Below the pieces are notes generated by a model. It saw only the letters and a list, made by a program, of their open reading frames with translations. It was not told the DNA's origin and made no database searches. A stretch of 63,842 nt of DNA, the filler included, from Reclinomonas americana ATCC 50394 (Eukaryota): assembly GCA_048213135.1 (NCBI GenBank). It is 21 parts of 21 records of this genome, joined end to end, with 100 filler letters (N's around TTAATTAATTAA, not from the genome) between each part and the next. Parts side by side here need not be neighbours in the genome. Positions count along the whole stretch, not along the records: positions 7,766 to 15,035 come from AFZH01021031.1; positions 15,136 to 17,692 come from AFZH01021033.1; positions 17,793 to 23,481 come from AFZH01021035.1; positions 23,582 to 29,272 come from AFZH01021036.1; 17 more parts are not named here. One strand, written 5' to 3'. The position numbers were made by a program, and so were the translations under genes. How positions within the stretch are numbered: the first letter of the stretch is position 1; every line of letters starts with the position of its first letter. Of the stretch, positions 12,101 through 24,056 are shown in pieces.

Positions 12101-14911
12101 CATCACCAGTACCCTCCTCTTATTGCAGCACTGCTCTCGCATGAATCACATTGGTGGTGCGGTGAAAACTCAATCAGCCAGACAACTACCAAAGAAGAAC
12201 AAGACTGCAATCAAACGCAACAAGAAGCCTCGCCAGCATCAGTTGCTCGTCCTTGCTCATCGTTGTTGGAGCAGTCCCTCGTCGCTGTGAATGCGCATCA
12301 TGAGATGCTGCCACAACGTGCACCCACACCATCATTCATGGTCATACCTTGCTCTTGTCACCTTCGGCGACGTCGTCCTTCTCATCCTCCTCCCCGTCGA
12401 CCCTCGAATCATCCTCCTCCTCCTCCTCCTCCTTTTTTATCTCTTCTTCCTTCAGCACCTTCACATCCAGCAGAGCTGCATCTCGTTCGTCAGTTCTGAC
12501 AAATTTCACAGGAGAACGTATTCGACGCCGTCAAACCTTTGTTGGTGCACCACTCTGCGGCCCGTGCAATCTCCGCCTCGGAGAGACAGCCGTCTCGAAT
12601 CAGCAACGCTTGCAAGGCAGGACACTCACGCAGGGCCTGCGCGGCTTGGACGACGAGCGGCAGGAGAAGGTCGTTGCCATTCGGCTTCTTCTCCATCATA
12701 TTCCATGACTCCTGAAGCACGATCGACATCGTGAAAGAAGCGAGTGAGTCGACACAAACCGGGAAATGGTGAGAGCACACAACGGAAAGTTTGCACACCT
12801 CCGAATGGCCCCGTTCATCAACCACAATCAGTGGTCTCTCAATGACATCTGCCAGAGCTGCGCCGCGCAGTTCACTGTTCTGCAAGAGTTACATATGTAT
12901 TAATGCTGGTTCACTTTGCAGTCACGTGTGAAATAGACAGCACAGGCAGATACTCACCTTGATGAAATCGCTCATGCTCCGGAGAACTCCCTCAACTGAT
13001 TTGGATGTCTTGGTGCGCGCTTGCTGGACGACATGGACAAGAGTCTTGGCGAATAAATCCATGACTGCGGGCGACGGACTGCCAGCTCCCGATGAAGGAA
13101 TACCACACTCATTGCAGGCGAGTTCAACGAGAACGCGCTGATGATGCCAGACTGTGCTTCGTTTCAGAATCGGCGCCATAATGCCGAACGCCGTCACCAA
13201 TAGCTTCTTCTTGTTGCACCGCTGTTCGCACACATTGACGCACGCACCAGGTGTTATGACAGGCAAGCACATGGCAGAGAGCAACTACTCTGCCTTGCTG
13301 GGGTATTGCACACGCAACAAGCAGTCTGTCCAGCATCATTCGCTCGTCCATGCTCAAATCCGCATTGAATACATAGCGACTGCGCTTGACGCGCTGCAAA
13401 TACGAACCCCATGAGACATCAACTTATCAACACAACTGCCTCCCAAGCCATTCAAATGCGGCGACAACGACGCACCTTGCTCGTCATTGATTCCTCACCA
13501 TCATCACTTCCTGCATCCTCCTGTGAACGCAACGCATCAGCGCGTGGCCGAGAGTCCACGAAGACACACCCAGTCTCCGTCATTCATGAACTGTTGATGC
13601 TCACCTTGGTGTCATCTTCTTCATGCTTGATGTCATCGTCGTCTTTCTTCACCACCATTTTCACATCGCCAGATTCTGCGTAATGCTGGTCAACACCAGC
13701 GCATGCAACAACAACAGCCGCATGAAGTTGCAGACTTTTTGATTGGCACCACGTGACGGCGTGCGCAATCTCGGCCTCAGAGAGGTGGCTGTCTCGAAGC
13801 AGAGAAGTCAGAAGACCATCACACTCGCGCAGCGCATCCATAGCCTGCTTGACATTTGGCTGATGACGGTCTTTCAGGGCCTTGTTTGCTGGAGGCATTC
13901 TCTCCCATGATTCCTGTCACAAACAAGCCGAATGAACGAGGATCAGTCGACACGATCGCAACAGACAAAACGTATCATGCAGATACAACGAACCTCCGAA
14001 TGTCCACGCTCATCAACCACAATCAGCGGTCTCTCAATAGCATCCGCCAGAGCCGCGCCGCTGAGCTGGCTCACCTGCATTGTGCAATCATCTGCACGTT
14101 GGTTCAATATGCCACGGTCGTCACAACGCACACATGCTTGCTCACCTCGATATAGTTGCTCACGCTACGGAGCACACCCTCCACTGATTTGAGCATTGAG
14201 TGGCGTGAATGATGGGCAGCTCCGCCAAGCCTCTTGAAGAATGCAATCTTGACTGCAGACGACGTGCAACCCCGCTCCGACGATGGAACTCTGCAGTCGT
14301 CACAGGCAAGCTCAAAGAGGACACTCTGATGGTGGATGACTGCGGACCCTTGAACAACGGGTGCCATCAACCCGAACGCCTTCACCAGAATCCTTTTCCG
14401 ATTACATCGCTGCGAGTGACAGGAGAAGAATTGTGAGTGCGACGAGGAGAAGGAGGAGGCTGAAGGGGTTACAATGATGACACAGAGAGCATGCACACGC
14501 AACAAGCAGCTTGTTCAGCAACAGCTTCTCGTCTGTGCTCAACTCCACTGCTTCTTTCGCAGCTCGAGTCTTGCCTTGCTGTGAATCCACAACATGCGTC
14601 ATTGACACAAGAGAACCCAAATGCACATCGATGAAGAAACACAACAATGTTAGCGACAGTATCCACACCTTCTTCTTCTTTGGTGGTGCAAGCTCGTCAT
14701 CGCTGGATGCATCAACCTGTAGTGAATGAACAATACGTCAGGTGCCAACTGTCATGCACGATCGATATCAAGATGCAAGCGATGCGCATGCCTCATCGGA
14801 GTACACCTCCAGAGAACGCTTGCGGGATGATGTTTCAACTGAGTCACGTGCAGGCAAGTCCTCACTGTGATCAACCAGAGGCAAGTCGACTCGCTGTCTC
14901 CTTGCATGTTG
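9171..14911 (-). CDS. Multi-exon gene B: paralogue of gene A with five tandem modules; 5' end lost in gap, 3' end uncertain
   Basis: Colinear with gene A at about 8.1 kb offset. Same exon order and splice sites, similar introns (1560-1610 vs 9613-9665), and an ELAPPKKKK exon near 14670-14720. Confidence 0.85.
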
Positions 14912-14923
14912 CTGTGCAATCAT

Positions 14924-14994
<71 letters not shown>

Positions 14995-15499
14995 GACGGT
15001 ACGAGACGTACGGTACGACGTACGTACGTCGTACGNNNNNNNNNNNNNNNNNNNNNNNNNNNNNNNNNNNNNNNNNNNNTTAATTAATTAANNNNNNNNN
15101 NNNNNNNNNNNNNNNNNNNNNNNNNNNNNNNNNNNTCTTCTCTCTCTCTCCTCCCTCCCTCCCTCCTCTCTCTCTCTCTCTCGTTCTCCCTCAGTCTCTT
15201 TCAGTCTTTCTCTCTGTGTCTCTCCTCCTCACTGTCTCTCTCTCCCTCTCCACCTCTTCCTCTCGTTTCAGTCTTCTTCGCTTTCTCTTTCTCTTTCTCT
15301 TTCTCTCTCCGTCTCTCCCCCTCCGTCTCTCTCTCCTCAGTCTCTGCCTTACTCATTCTCTCTCAGTCTCTCTCGTTCCCTCTTCTTAGCTATCTTTCTC
15401 TGTTTGTCTTCCTCTCGTTCCCTCTTCCTTTGTCTCCCTCACTCTCTCTCTCTCTCTTTCATCCGTTCCCCTTCTCCGCTCTCTCACCCATTCACAGGT

Positions 15500-16851
15500 G
15501 ATGGACGAGGTTCGATCGTCGGGCACCAGTGCGCCACTAATGGCCAGTCCCGAGCGCGTGCAACTGGAGCGCGCTCTGCGACACTACGAGCTGGAGGACG
15601 CAGTGGGGATGATGGGCGGCGGGGAGCTGACGTGGTCGGTTCCGTCGTCGCGGGTGAGTGAGCGTGCGCAGCGCGAGGCCGGGTGGTCGGCCGAGGATCG
15701 TGCGGCGGTCGTCGTGCAAAAGTGGGTGCGAAGGTGCGGATGTGGGGAGAGAAAGAGAGAGCGTGAAACAACGCAAAGTGAGCGAAGATGTACGTGCGAG
15801 TGGAAGAGAGTAATGCAGTGTGTTTTTCGTCTCTCCTCCGTGTGCTCACCGGGTGTATGTGGTTGCAGGTGGCTGGCGCAGCAGCAGTTTATGCAGTTGC
15901 TGTTGGAGCAGTACGAGGAGAGCGGGCGGGAGCGTGATATTGTGGAGCGAGAGGTCGCCGAGGAGGTGGCGATGGAGCAGAAGCTGTTGCGGTTGCGGTG
16001 GTGATTAGGGGAAAGGACCTGTGTGTCAGCAGCTCACGTGATGGTTGTTGGCAGGGAGGAACTCAGTGCGTCGCGTGAGTTGCGCGAGTTGGCGAGGGAG
16101 GCGCGGGTGGCGCGGCGGTGGCATGCTGCGTTTGTCATTCAAATGGCCTGGTTGCGGTGGTGGCCGCAGGAGAAGGCAGTTGCGTTGAGTGGGGGGAAGG
16201 GGGAAAAGGGAGGGTGAAAGGAAGGACGCAGATTGAGAGGGAGGGAGGGGAGAGAGCACGCGGTTTGTGAGGCAGAAGTAATGTGCAGAACGCTGCCATG
16301 AGAAGCTAAACAGACTTTTACATCTCGTGCTTTCCGAAGTGAGGTGTGATGCTGTCTCCATTTCATATCTCGCGCCTCGTGAACTGCGAACTGAGCTGGG
16401 GCACGATGGTCTGAAGTCTCGACAGCGCAGTCGGGCTACAGTCTGAGAGGGAATGGTGGGATGCTGCATCTGTGCGGAGAGGCCCACAGCCTTTACTCTC
16501 TCTCTCTCTCTCTCTTTTCTCTCGTTCCACAGCGCCGCCTGATGACCGCCCCTTCCTCACACGACGCAGCCAGCCGCCGTGTGGCTGCTCTGCTGGCTGA
16601 CATCGAGTCGTCCGCTTTGTGGCGTCACCGGCACGTTTCCAAGCTGCAGCAGGCGGAATTGGAGCACCTGGTCACGGCACTGGACCGGCGACTGCAACGT
16701 TGCGTGCACGGCATTGTTAGTATATCGTTGTCATCTTGGTCTCACTGCGTGCTCGGCAGTGGCCAACGAATCACTGGTCCACGCGCTGGAGGAGCGCGAC
16801 GACCTGCTCGACCTAGTGGCCTCCCGCGCCCCCACACTCGACGACGATTGA
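15500..16851 (+). CDS. IQ-motif protein with C-terminal SCHIP1/FEZ-like coiled coil (5 exons)
   Basis: IQ-like motifs AAVVVQKWVRRWLAQQQF and AAFVIQMAWLRWW. GTTGCG donor at 16179 joins in frame to RRLMTAPSS..; C-terminus VSKLQQAELEHLVTALDRRLQLANESLVHALEERDDLLDLV, TGA at 16851. Confidence 0.65.
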
Positions 16852-17369
16852 CGCGCCTCTTTGACGAAGAATGGGTGGCAAAAGAAGGTGCAACCGCAGC
16901 GAAATACGCTCGCAAATGTGGGTTGGATCACAATGGCCGTCGCCACGCCCTGGTCGAGAGGGCAAGTGCATGAAGCGTCAAGAGATTCAACTGCCAAAAT
17001 TGACGAAGAGTGAAGTCGCGAGGGCGATCATGATAGCCGCTGAGTGGATACTTTTTGAGGCCGACACCCTTTGGAGACGAGAAATTATGTGTTTGCAACA
17101 ACAACAAGTCATTCACCAACAAACATGCAACAGCTGTCTTGATGACCAAGTTCAACCGTATCCAAAACATCAACACTGACACCACTATATTGTTGGTGTG
17201 CAAAAGTCATTGTCGGCAAGGGATTTGTGGACATTTGGCGCATTTGCAATGTGGTGAACGCAGTGTCTTGTTTGGTACAAGCCGCGAGAACTTCGCATCC
17301 TCTTTTGTGTCCGAGTGTCCGCACAACGCATTGATTGTTCCGCTCCCTCCCTTCCCTCCTCAGCAACGA

Positions 17370-17636
17370 ATGAGCGACCAGGCGGCCATTGAAATGAGCA
17401 CGCGCGTTGCAGCGCACATGCGACCACACCGCGAGTCCAGTGTGACTGCACACGCCACGTCACCCTTCCGTCGCGGTCGCATCTTGGCCGAGTTCATTGC
17501 AGCACTCATTCTCTCAGTGAGTGTCACAGAGAGACAGAGAGAGAGAGAAAGTGAGAAAGGGATGCTAACCGGTGCTCTTTCTGTGTGTGTGTGTGCGTGT
17601 GTGTGTGTGTGTGTGTGTCGTGTGTGTGTGTGTGTC

Positions 17637-17685
<49 letters not shown>

Positions 17686-20600
17686 GTGTGTGNNNNNNNN
17701 NNNNNNNNNNNNNNNNNNNNNNNNNNNNNNNNNNNNTTAATTAATTAANNNNNNNNNNNNNNNNNNNNNNNNNNNNNNNNNNNNNNNNNNNNACGCCGAC
17801 GTCGTGTTTGCGCAGGGCGTGGTGCACGCACAGGTTGGACATGCACAGCTTGTTTTTTGTTCAGCTCGTTGCTCACACGTATCGGCAATGCAGGAACGCA
17901 TGTGGCAAATGGAGTTCCAGCGAGCAGTCGGCAACGGGCGACTCAGTGAGATTGTCGGTGCCAACGGCTACGATCTCGACGTCTACATGCGCACGCTGGG
18001 CATCTACAAGGCGGCGCAGACGGGATACGACAGCCTGATGCCGGAGACGCGCAGGCTGGTCGACTCGTATGTCGCGGTTTGTCACATCGATTGCATTTCT
18101 TGATGTGCTTGGTTTCTGAGCTGGTTGTGCAGGGTGTGAATGCATACCTGGCCTCGAAGCAGCCCCTCGGCATCGAGTTCTTCCTCCTGGGATACACGCC
18201 GGAGCCGTGGAAGCCGGCTGACGTGGTGATTATCGGCAAGCTGATGAGGTGAGACTGCGATGGTGGGAGTTTTAGGGTGGAATCCATGGATATTCACCCA
18301 CACGCTGTGCAGTTTGAGCCTGTCGATGAATGCGTACATTGAGAAGGATCGATACGACTTGCTGCGGCGGGGGCTTTCGATTGATGAGGTGCGGATAGAT
18401 TCTTCCCCCCTCCCCCCCTCCCTCTCCTAAAGCGCCTTTTGACTTTGTTCGTTTCGCCACATTTGCTCTTCACTTTCTCTCTTCCCGCTCCCCCGTTCTC
18501 TATTTCCTCCATTTCTTAATCCTCTCACTTCTTCTTTCTTTCTTCTTTCTGTCTTCCCAGCCTCTCTCTCTTGCCCACTTTCCCCTCTCTTTCCCCTCTC
18601 TCCATTTCTTTCCTCTCTTCCCACTGTCCCTCTTTCCTTTCTCCCTCCCTTCCCTCTTCTCATCTCTTCACCTCTCTCCGCCTCATTTCTCCTTTCCCTT
18701 CTTTTCCCCTCTCCTCCACTCTCCTCCACTCTCCTCCCCTCTCCTCCCCTCTCCTCTCCTCTCCCCCCTCTTTCCCCTCTTTCCCTCCTTTCCCTCCTTT
18801 CCTCTCTTCCCGCTGTCCATCTTTCCCCTCTCTCCCCTCTCCCTCCCCTCTCCCTCTCTCTCCCTCCCTCTCCCTCCCCTCTCCCTCCCCTCTCCCTTCC
18901 CCTTTCCCTTCCCACCCTCCGCCTCACTGTTCCTTCTCCCTTTCCCCTCCCTCTCACGCCGCAGGTCGAGCGCCTCATCACCTCCTACCCCGACGACGGA
19001 GTCACGGTGCTCTCCGACGAGGACATTGCTGGCAATAATTACAAGGGTAAGGCGAGCGATTTCACCCGCCATCTCATCTCTCCTCTCACCATCCACCACA
19101 GCCATTCCGGTCAACGCCACCGTCAGCGACGCCATGATTCCCGCCTTTGTGCAAAAGATGCACCCGCGAACTGGAGAGGTTGCGTCGTGTCGCGACTCGT
19201 TGTATCGACACGCTCGTCGCCACTCATTTTGCAGACGCAGTCCTTCTCGTCCACCACCAACTTGTACAAGCGCGTGGAGGGTCTTCTCGGCACCGTCATG
19301 CCTGACCGCCTCCGACAGTCGAACAACTGGGTGCGCGAGATTTGGTGAATGCTGCTGCGCTGGCACAAACTCATTTTTTGTGTGACAAAAGGTGGTGGGC
19401 AAGAACACCAAGTCCGGCAAGCCCCTGCTGGCCAACGGTGCGTGCGGAGGGAAATGTTGTGCGATCCTATAGCTGTTTCTGACGAGTTCATGATGCAGAC
19501 CCGCATCTGGAACTCACGCTGCCGTCGATCTGGATCCTCAACCACTTGCGCTCGGCCAACTTTGAGGTCATTGGCGCTGCATTCCCTGGTTTGTGGATTA
19601 ATCACTGTGTGCTTTTGTCGCTAGTGCGTGGCTCAAGGCAATTGTTCGCGACAGGTGCTCCGGGTGTGATTATTGGACGCAACGAAGTGATTGCGTGGGG
19701 AGTGACCAATGCCGGTACCGATGTGCAGGCGAGTGTGGATTGACGGCAGAAAGCTCCTCATGAAATCCTCTCACGTGCCACTGCAGGACCACTTTATCAT
19801 GGACGGCACCGCCACCCAGTACAAGTGAGTTGTTGACTGGCGCTGCTCCTCTTTCTTTCTCACTTCTCACTCGCTCATCAGGCACGAGGGCGAGATGAAG
19901 CCGTACACTATGCGACAGGTCCGTTTCCTTACTGTGGTGTTGTTGTCGATCTTGTTTCTTCTTTCTTCCTCTCTTTGTCTTCTCTTCTTCTTCCTGTTTG
20001 TTCTCCTTCTCGTTCTGCTTCATCTTCTCTCCTCTTACTCCTCCTCTCTTCGTTGTGTTCTTCCATTTCCTTCATTCTATTGCGCTCTTTCGCAGCACTC
20101 ACTTTCGTGATCGCAGGAGGTGATCAAGATCAAGGGAAAGAGCTCGGTGAGTGCCGCTTGCTTGCGTTTCCGGGCGACTGAATCATCGTTGCTCACTGCC
20201 TCGTTGTCGCAGAAAACCATCCAAGTTCGCGAGTCCGTGTACGGTCCCGTGATCAACGAGGAGGGCGTAACTTCAAGCGGCGAGCAGCCTCTGTGCTTGC
20301 ACTGGATCGGACTGTTCCCGGGTGACACGACGTTGCGTGTGCGGTGTCAAACGGTGGTCAAAGTGATGAGCAGCACGCTGACGGTATCATGCGCAGCCTC
20401 GATTCAATGTACAAGATGGCGCGTGCGGCCAGCTGGGCCGATTTTGAGGATGCCTTGCGGTCGTACACGGCACCGGCTCAGGTCTTGCGGTCTTCTTGTA
20501 GTTGTCTATCTTGGTGGTCACTTACACGCTTTGCGATTGCAGAACTTTGTTTATGCCGATGTCAAGGTTTGACATGAATTGTGTGCTTTCAATGTTGGAT

Positions 20601-23600
20601 TTGTTGCTGATGGATGTTGCCACTTGCAGGGCAATTTTGGATATCGCACGAGTGGACTGGTGCCCGTTCGCAGTTGCGTTTGGACCAACAGCGTGGGAGA
20701 GCAGGATCGTTCTCCGTTCTTCCTCCGCAGAGGGAGAGGGGCAGACAGCGAGACGTAAGGAACTTCTCTCATTCCCCGTTTTTTTAGTTCCATTCGCACC
20801 CTTCGTTCTCTTCCCATCCCCTTCCTCCTCAGTCCCTTCTCTCTTCTCCTTCCTCCTCAATCCTTTCTCTCTTCTCCTTCTTCTCAACACTCATCACCTT
20901 CCCTTCCGCTTCCCCTTCCCCTTCCCCTTCCCTTTCCCCTCTTCCCACTTCCCCTCCCTTCCCCCTTCCTCTTCTCCCTTCCTCTTCTCCCTTCCCCCTT
21001 CTCCCTTCCCCTTCCTCTCCCTCTCCCTCCCCCTTCCCATTCCCCCTGCTCCCTTCCCGCTTCCCCTTCCCCTCAATCCCTTCCCCTCAATCTCTTCCCC
21101 TCAATCCCTTCTCCCTCTCCCTCCCCCCTTCCCATTCCCCCTTTCCTTCCCTTCCCCTTCATTCCCCAGACGGCTACTCCGGCAAGTACCCCGCCCCCGG
21201 CAACGGCGATTTCAAGTGGGTCGAGTTCCTGCCATTCGGTTCGCAGCATCCAACTTTCCCTCTCCCTCCCTCATTCCCTTTTCTCACCGACCACCACAGA
21301 CCAAATGCCATACACCCTCAACCCGGCCAAGGGCTACATCGTCTCCGCCAACAACAAGATCACGCCGAACTCGTACCCGCACACGATTGCCACCGACTGG
21401 GAGGATCCCTACCGGTACGCTCCCCATCGCATCTCCTGCCCATTGTGCAAATCCTCACCAACCAACTTTGGCACAGCGCTCAGCAAATCACCAACATGCT
21501 CACCTCGCAAATCGCCCGTGGTCGAGTGTCGCGCGAAGACATGGCCGCCATCCAGATGAGCCAGCACTCGCTGTTCTTTGACGCCGTCAAGCCGCTGCTC
21601 ATGGGCTATCAGGCCAAGGCCGTCGTCAAATGGTTTGCTCACGAAATCTTTGTGATATGATGATTTTGCTTGTCGTCGACTCATTTGTGTGATTGCAGCT
21701 CGGCGCAAGCTTCCGATTTCTTCTCCGTCATTGGCGCGCACAATGGTGACGCGACGGTGGGCTCGTTTGGGCCAACGTACTTTGCCATGTGGTGCGTGTG
21801 TGATGGAGGTGTGCTGTTGGGAAGGATCAAGATGCTGACCCACCGCAGGTATCGCTCGATTGCGCGAGTGGCCGCCAAGCGCACCGGGGAGACGTATTGG
21901 AGGTGTGTGGTGGGTGGGAGGGGGGGAGGGAGGGAGGAAGAGGGAGAGGGAAGAAGTGAGAGAGGAAAGTGAGAGAACAATGTATCATGCTGACATGTGT
22001 ACTCGCGAAGGAGAATGTGAATGAGACGGACGAAGAGAAGAATCAGTGACTGCAATCTTTGCAACTGAGAAAGAGAGAGGGTATCGACGAAAAGAGCTTG
22101 AGTGTGTGGAGAGTAGAGGAGAAAGAGAACGGGGAAGAGAGCGCTGGCAATTGAGGCGTGGGTAGGCAAGTGGGAAAGCAGCGTATTTGCTCACAAATGC
22201 AAAGAAGCAATCAAATGTGAATCGGGGCGCAGTCTCTGCCACACTCTCTCACGCTCACATTCCTTTTTCCGCTCGCTCACTCTCTCATACGCGCCCATTC
22301 TCACAAACCCACTCACTCGATCACTTTTTCCACCCTTTCAATATCTCTCGCTCACTCCCTCTCTCTCTCCGACTCTCTTCTTCACTCTCTTGCACCCTGT
22401 GTTAAATGCCTGATTGCATCTGTTTGGCGCTCTGTGCTGGTGCATGAGAGCTGGAGATCTCATTGCACGAGTGATGGTTGTTGTGATTTTTTTGGAGGTG
22501 GACGACCAAGAGCATCAATCTCGTGTCCTTTCCTTCTATTATTCGCTCGTTCTATTCTCATGCTCACACCTTTGCGTGCCCTCTTTCCCTTCCTTGCCAT
22601 GCTCACTGCCTCTCCTTTTGCCTTCCCCGCAGGGACCTCGGATTCACACTTTCCGGTTCGTATTCCAGCTCTCTACCCGTTCCCTGTCCACATTGGCGGC
22701 TCACTGTTCATCGTAGTCCTCAAGACTCCCGCCGACTACGACACCTATTGCCTGGCCGACTTTGGAGTGACGTGCGAACAAGCCATTGTCCAATCAGTGT
22801 GCGAGGCTGCGACGGCGGCCAAGGGTCACGCGTGGGGCAAGGATGTTGCGTTGTCGTCAATCTCTCTTTCTGGTGATGCACAGACCTTTCTCACCTGCCG
22901 TACGCTACAGGAGCACATCATGATGATTTCACACCGAGTGCTGGGCCAGTCTTCTCTGGCTTGCTGTGCCAATCGTGCGGTCGGTGTCGGTGGCGATCAG
23001 TGGACGTGCGTAACTGCTGCACTCGAAGCTCCTTCCCTTGGTTTTAACCAAGAGTTTCTGTCTGTGTCTGCAGTCCAAACGTGTCGGCGTACACACTGCG
23101 AAGCGATATGCACTTTGAGTCGCACCACGGCGCCTCGTATCGACAGATTGTCGACCTCGGTTCTCCAGAATCAAGGTGCGGCCTTGATCACTATGCACTG
23201 CACTCTCTCGCTCACTGCCTTCTGCACTCAATCAATGCACCAATTCTCTTGCACTCACTCACTCACTCCCCCAATCATTTCGTCACTCACTCCCTGACTC
23301 TCTTCCTTTTCTCACTCCCCTCTCGCTCTCCCCTCTCGCTCTCCCCTCTCGCTCTCCCTTCTCGCTCTCACTTCTCGCTCTCCCTTCTCGCTGCTCTCCC
23401 TCTCCCTCTTCCCTCTCGCTCTCCCTTCTCGCTCTCCCCTCTCGCTCTCCCTCCCCTCTCGCTCTCCCCTCTCGCTCTCCCNNNNNNNNNNNNNNNNNNN
23501 NNNNNNNNNNNNNNNNNNNNNNNNNTTAATTAATTAANNNNNNNNNNNNNNNNNNNNNNNNNNNNNNNNNNNNNNNNNNNNCCCCTCTCGCTCTCCCCTC

Positions 23601-23955
23601 TCGCTCTCCCCTCTCGCTCTCCCCTCTCGCTCTCCCTTCTCGCTCTCCCACTCCCCTTCTCACTCTTCCCCTTCCTCCCTCTCACAAACTCTCCCCCTTG
23701 CCCCTTCCTCCTCCCCTCCCCCTGTGCAGCATGTTCGTGCTGCCTGCCGGGCAGTCGGGACACCTGCTGAGCCCGCAGTACGACGACCAGATTAGCTTGT
23801 GGTTGTCGGGCCAGTATCTGCAGTTGCGTTGCTGCTTCGATTCTTCCTCACCACGCAGCTGAGCTTATCGTGGCACCCCCAGAATGGACATTGTGTCGTT
23901 TGATGCGGTCAAGGAACTTGATCTGGTGCCGCCGAACTACACGCCGGGTGTGTAG
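17370..23955 (+). CDS. Penicillin amidase / AHL acylase family Ntn hydrolase (peptidase S45), >25 exons, spans two gaps
   Basis: FAQGVVHAQERMWQMEFQRAVGNGRLSEIVG; beta-chain start SNNW|VVGKNTKSGKPLLANDPHL; IGRNEVIAWGVTN; PAQNFVYADVKGNFGY; NPAKGYIVSANNK; GASYRQIVDL; PAGQSGHLLSPQYDDQISLWLSG; TAG at 23955. First exon (ATG 17370) is assigned by inference. Confidence 0.93.
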
Positions 23956-24056
23956 TATCGCGTCTAGAAAAGGAAGATGTAATGGCGTGCGCACAGAATC
24001 GTCTTGCATTGTTTTTTCTCTCGCTCTCCTCTCCTTTCCTATTTTTGTATGGACTC

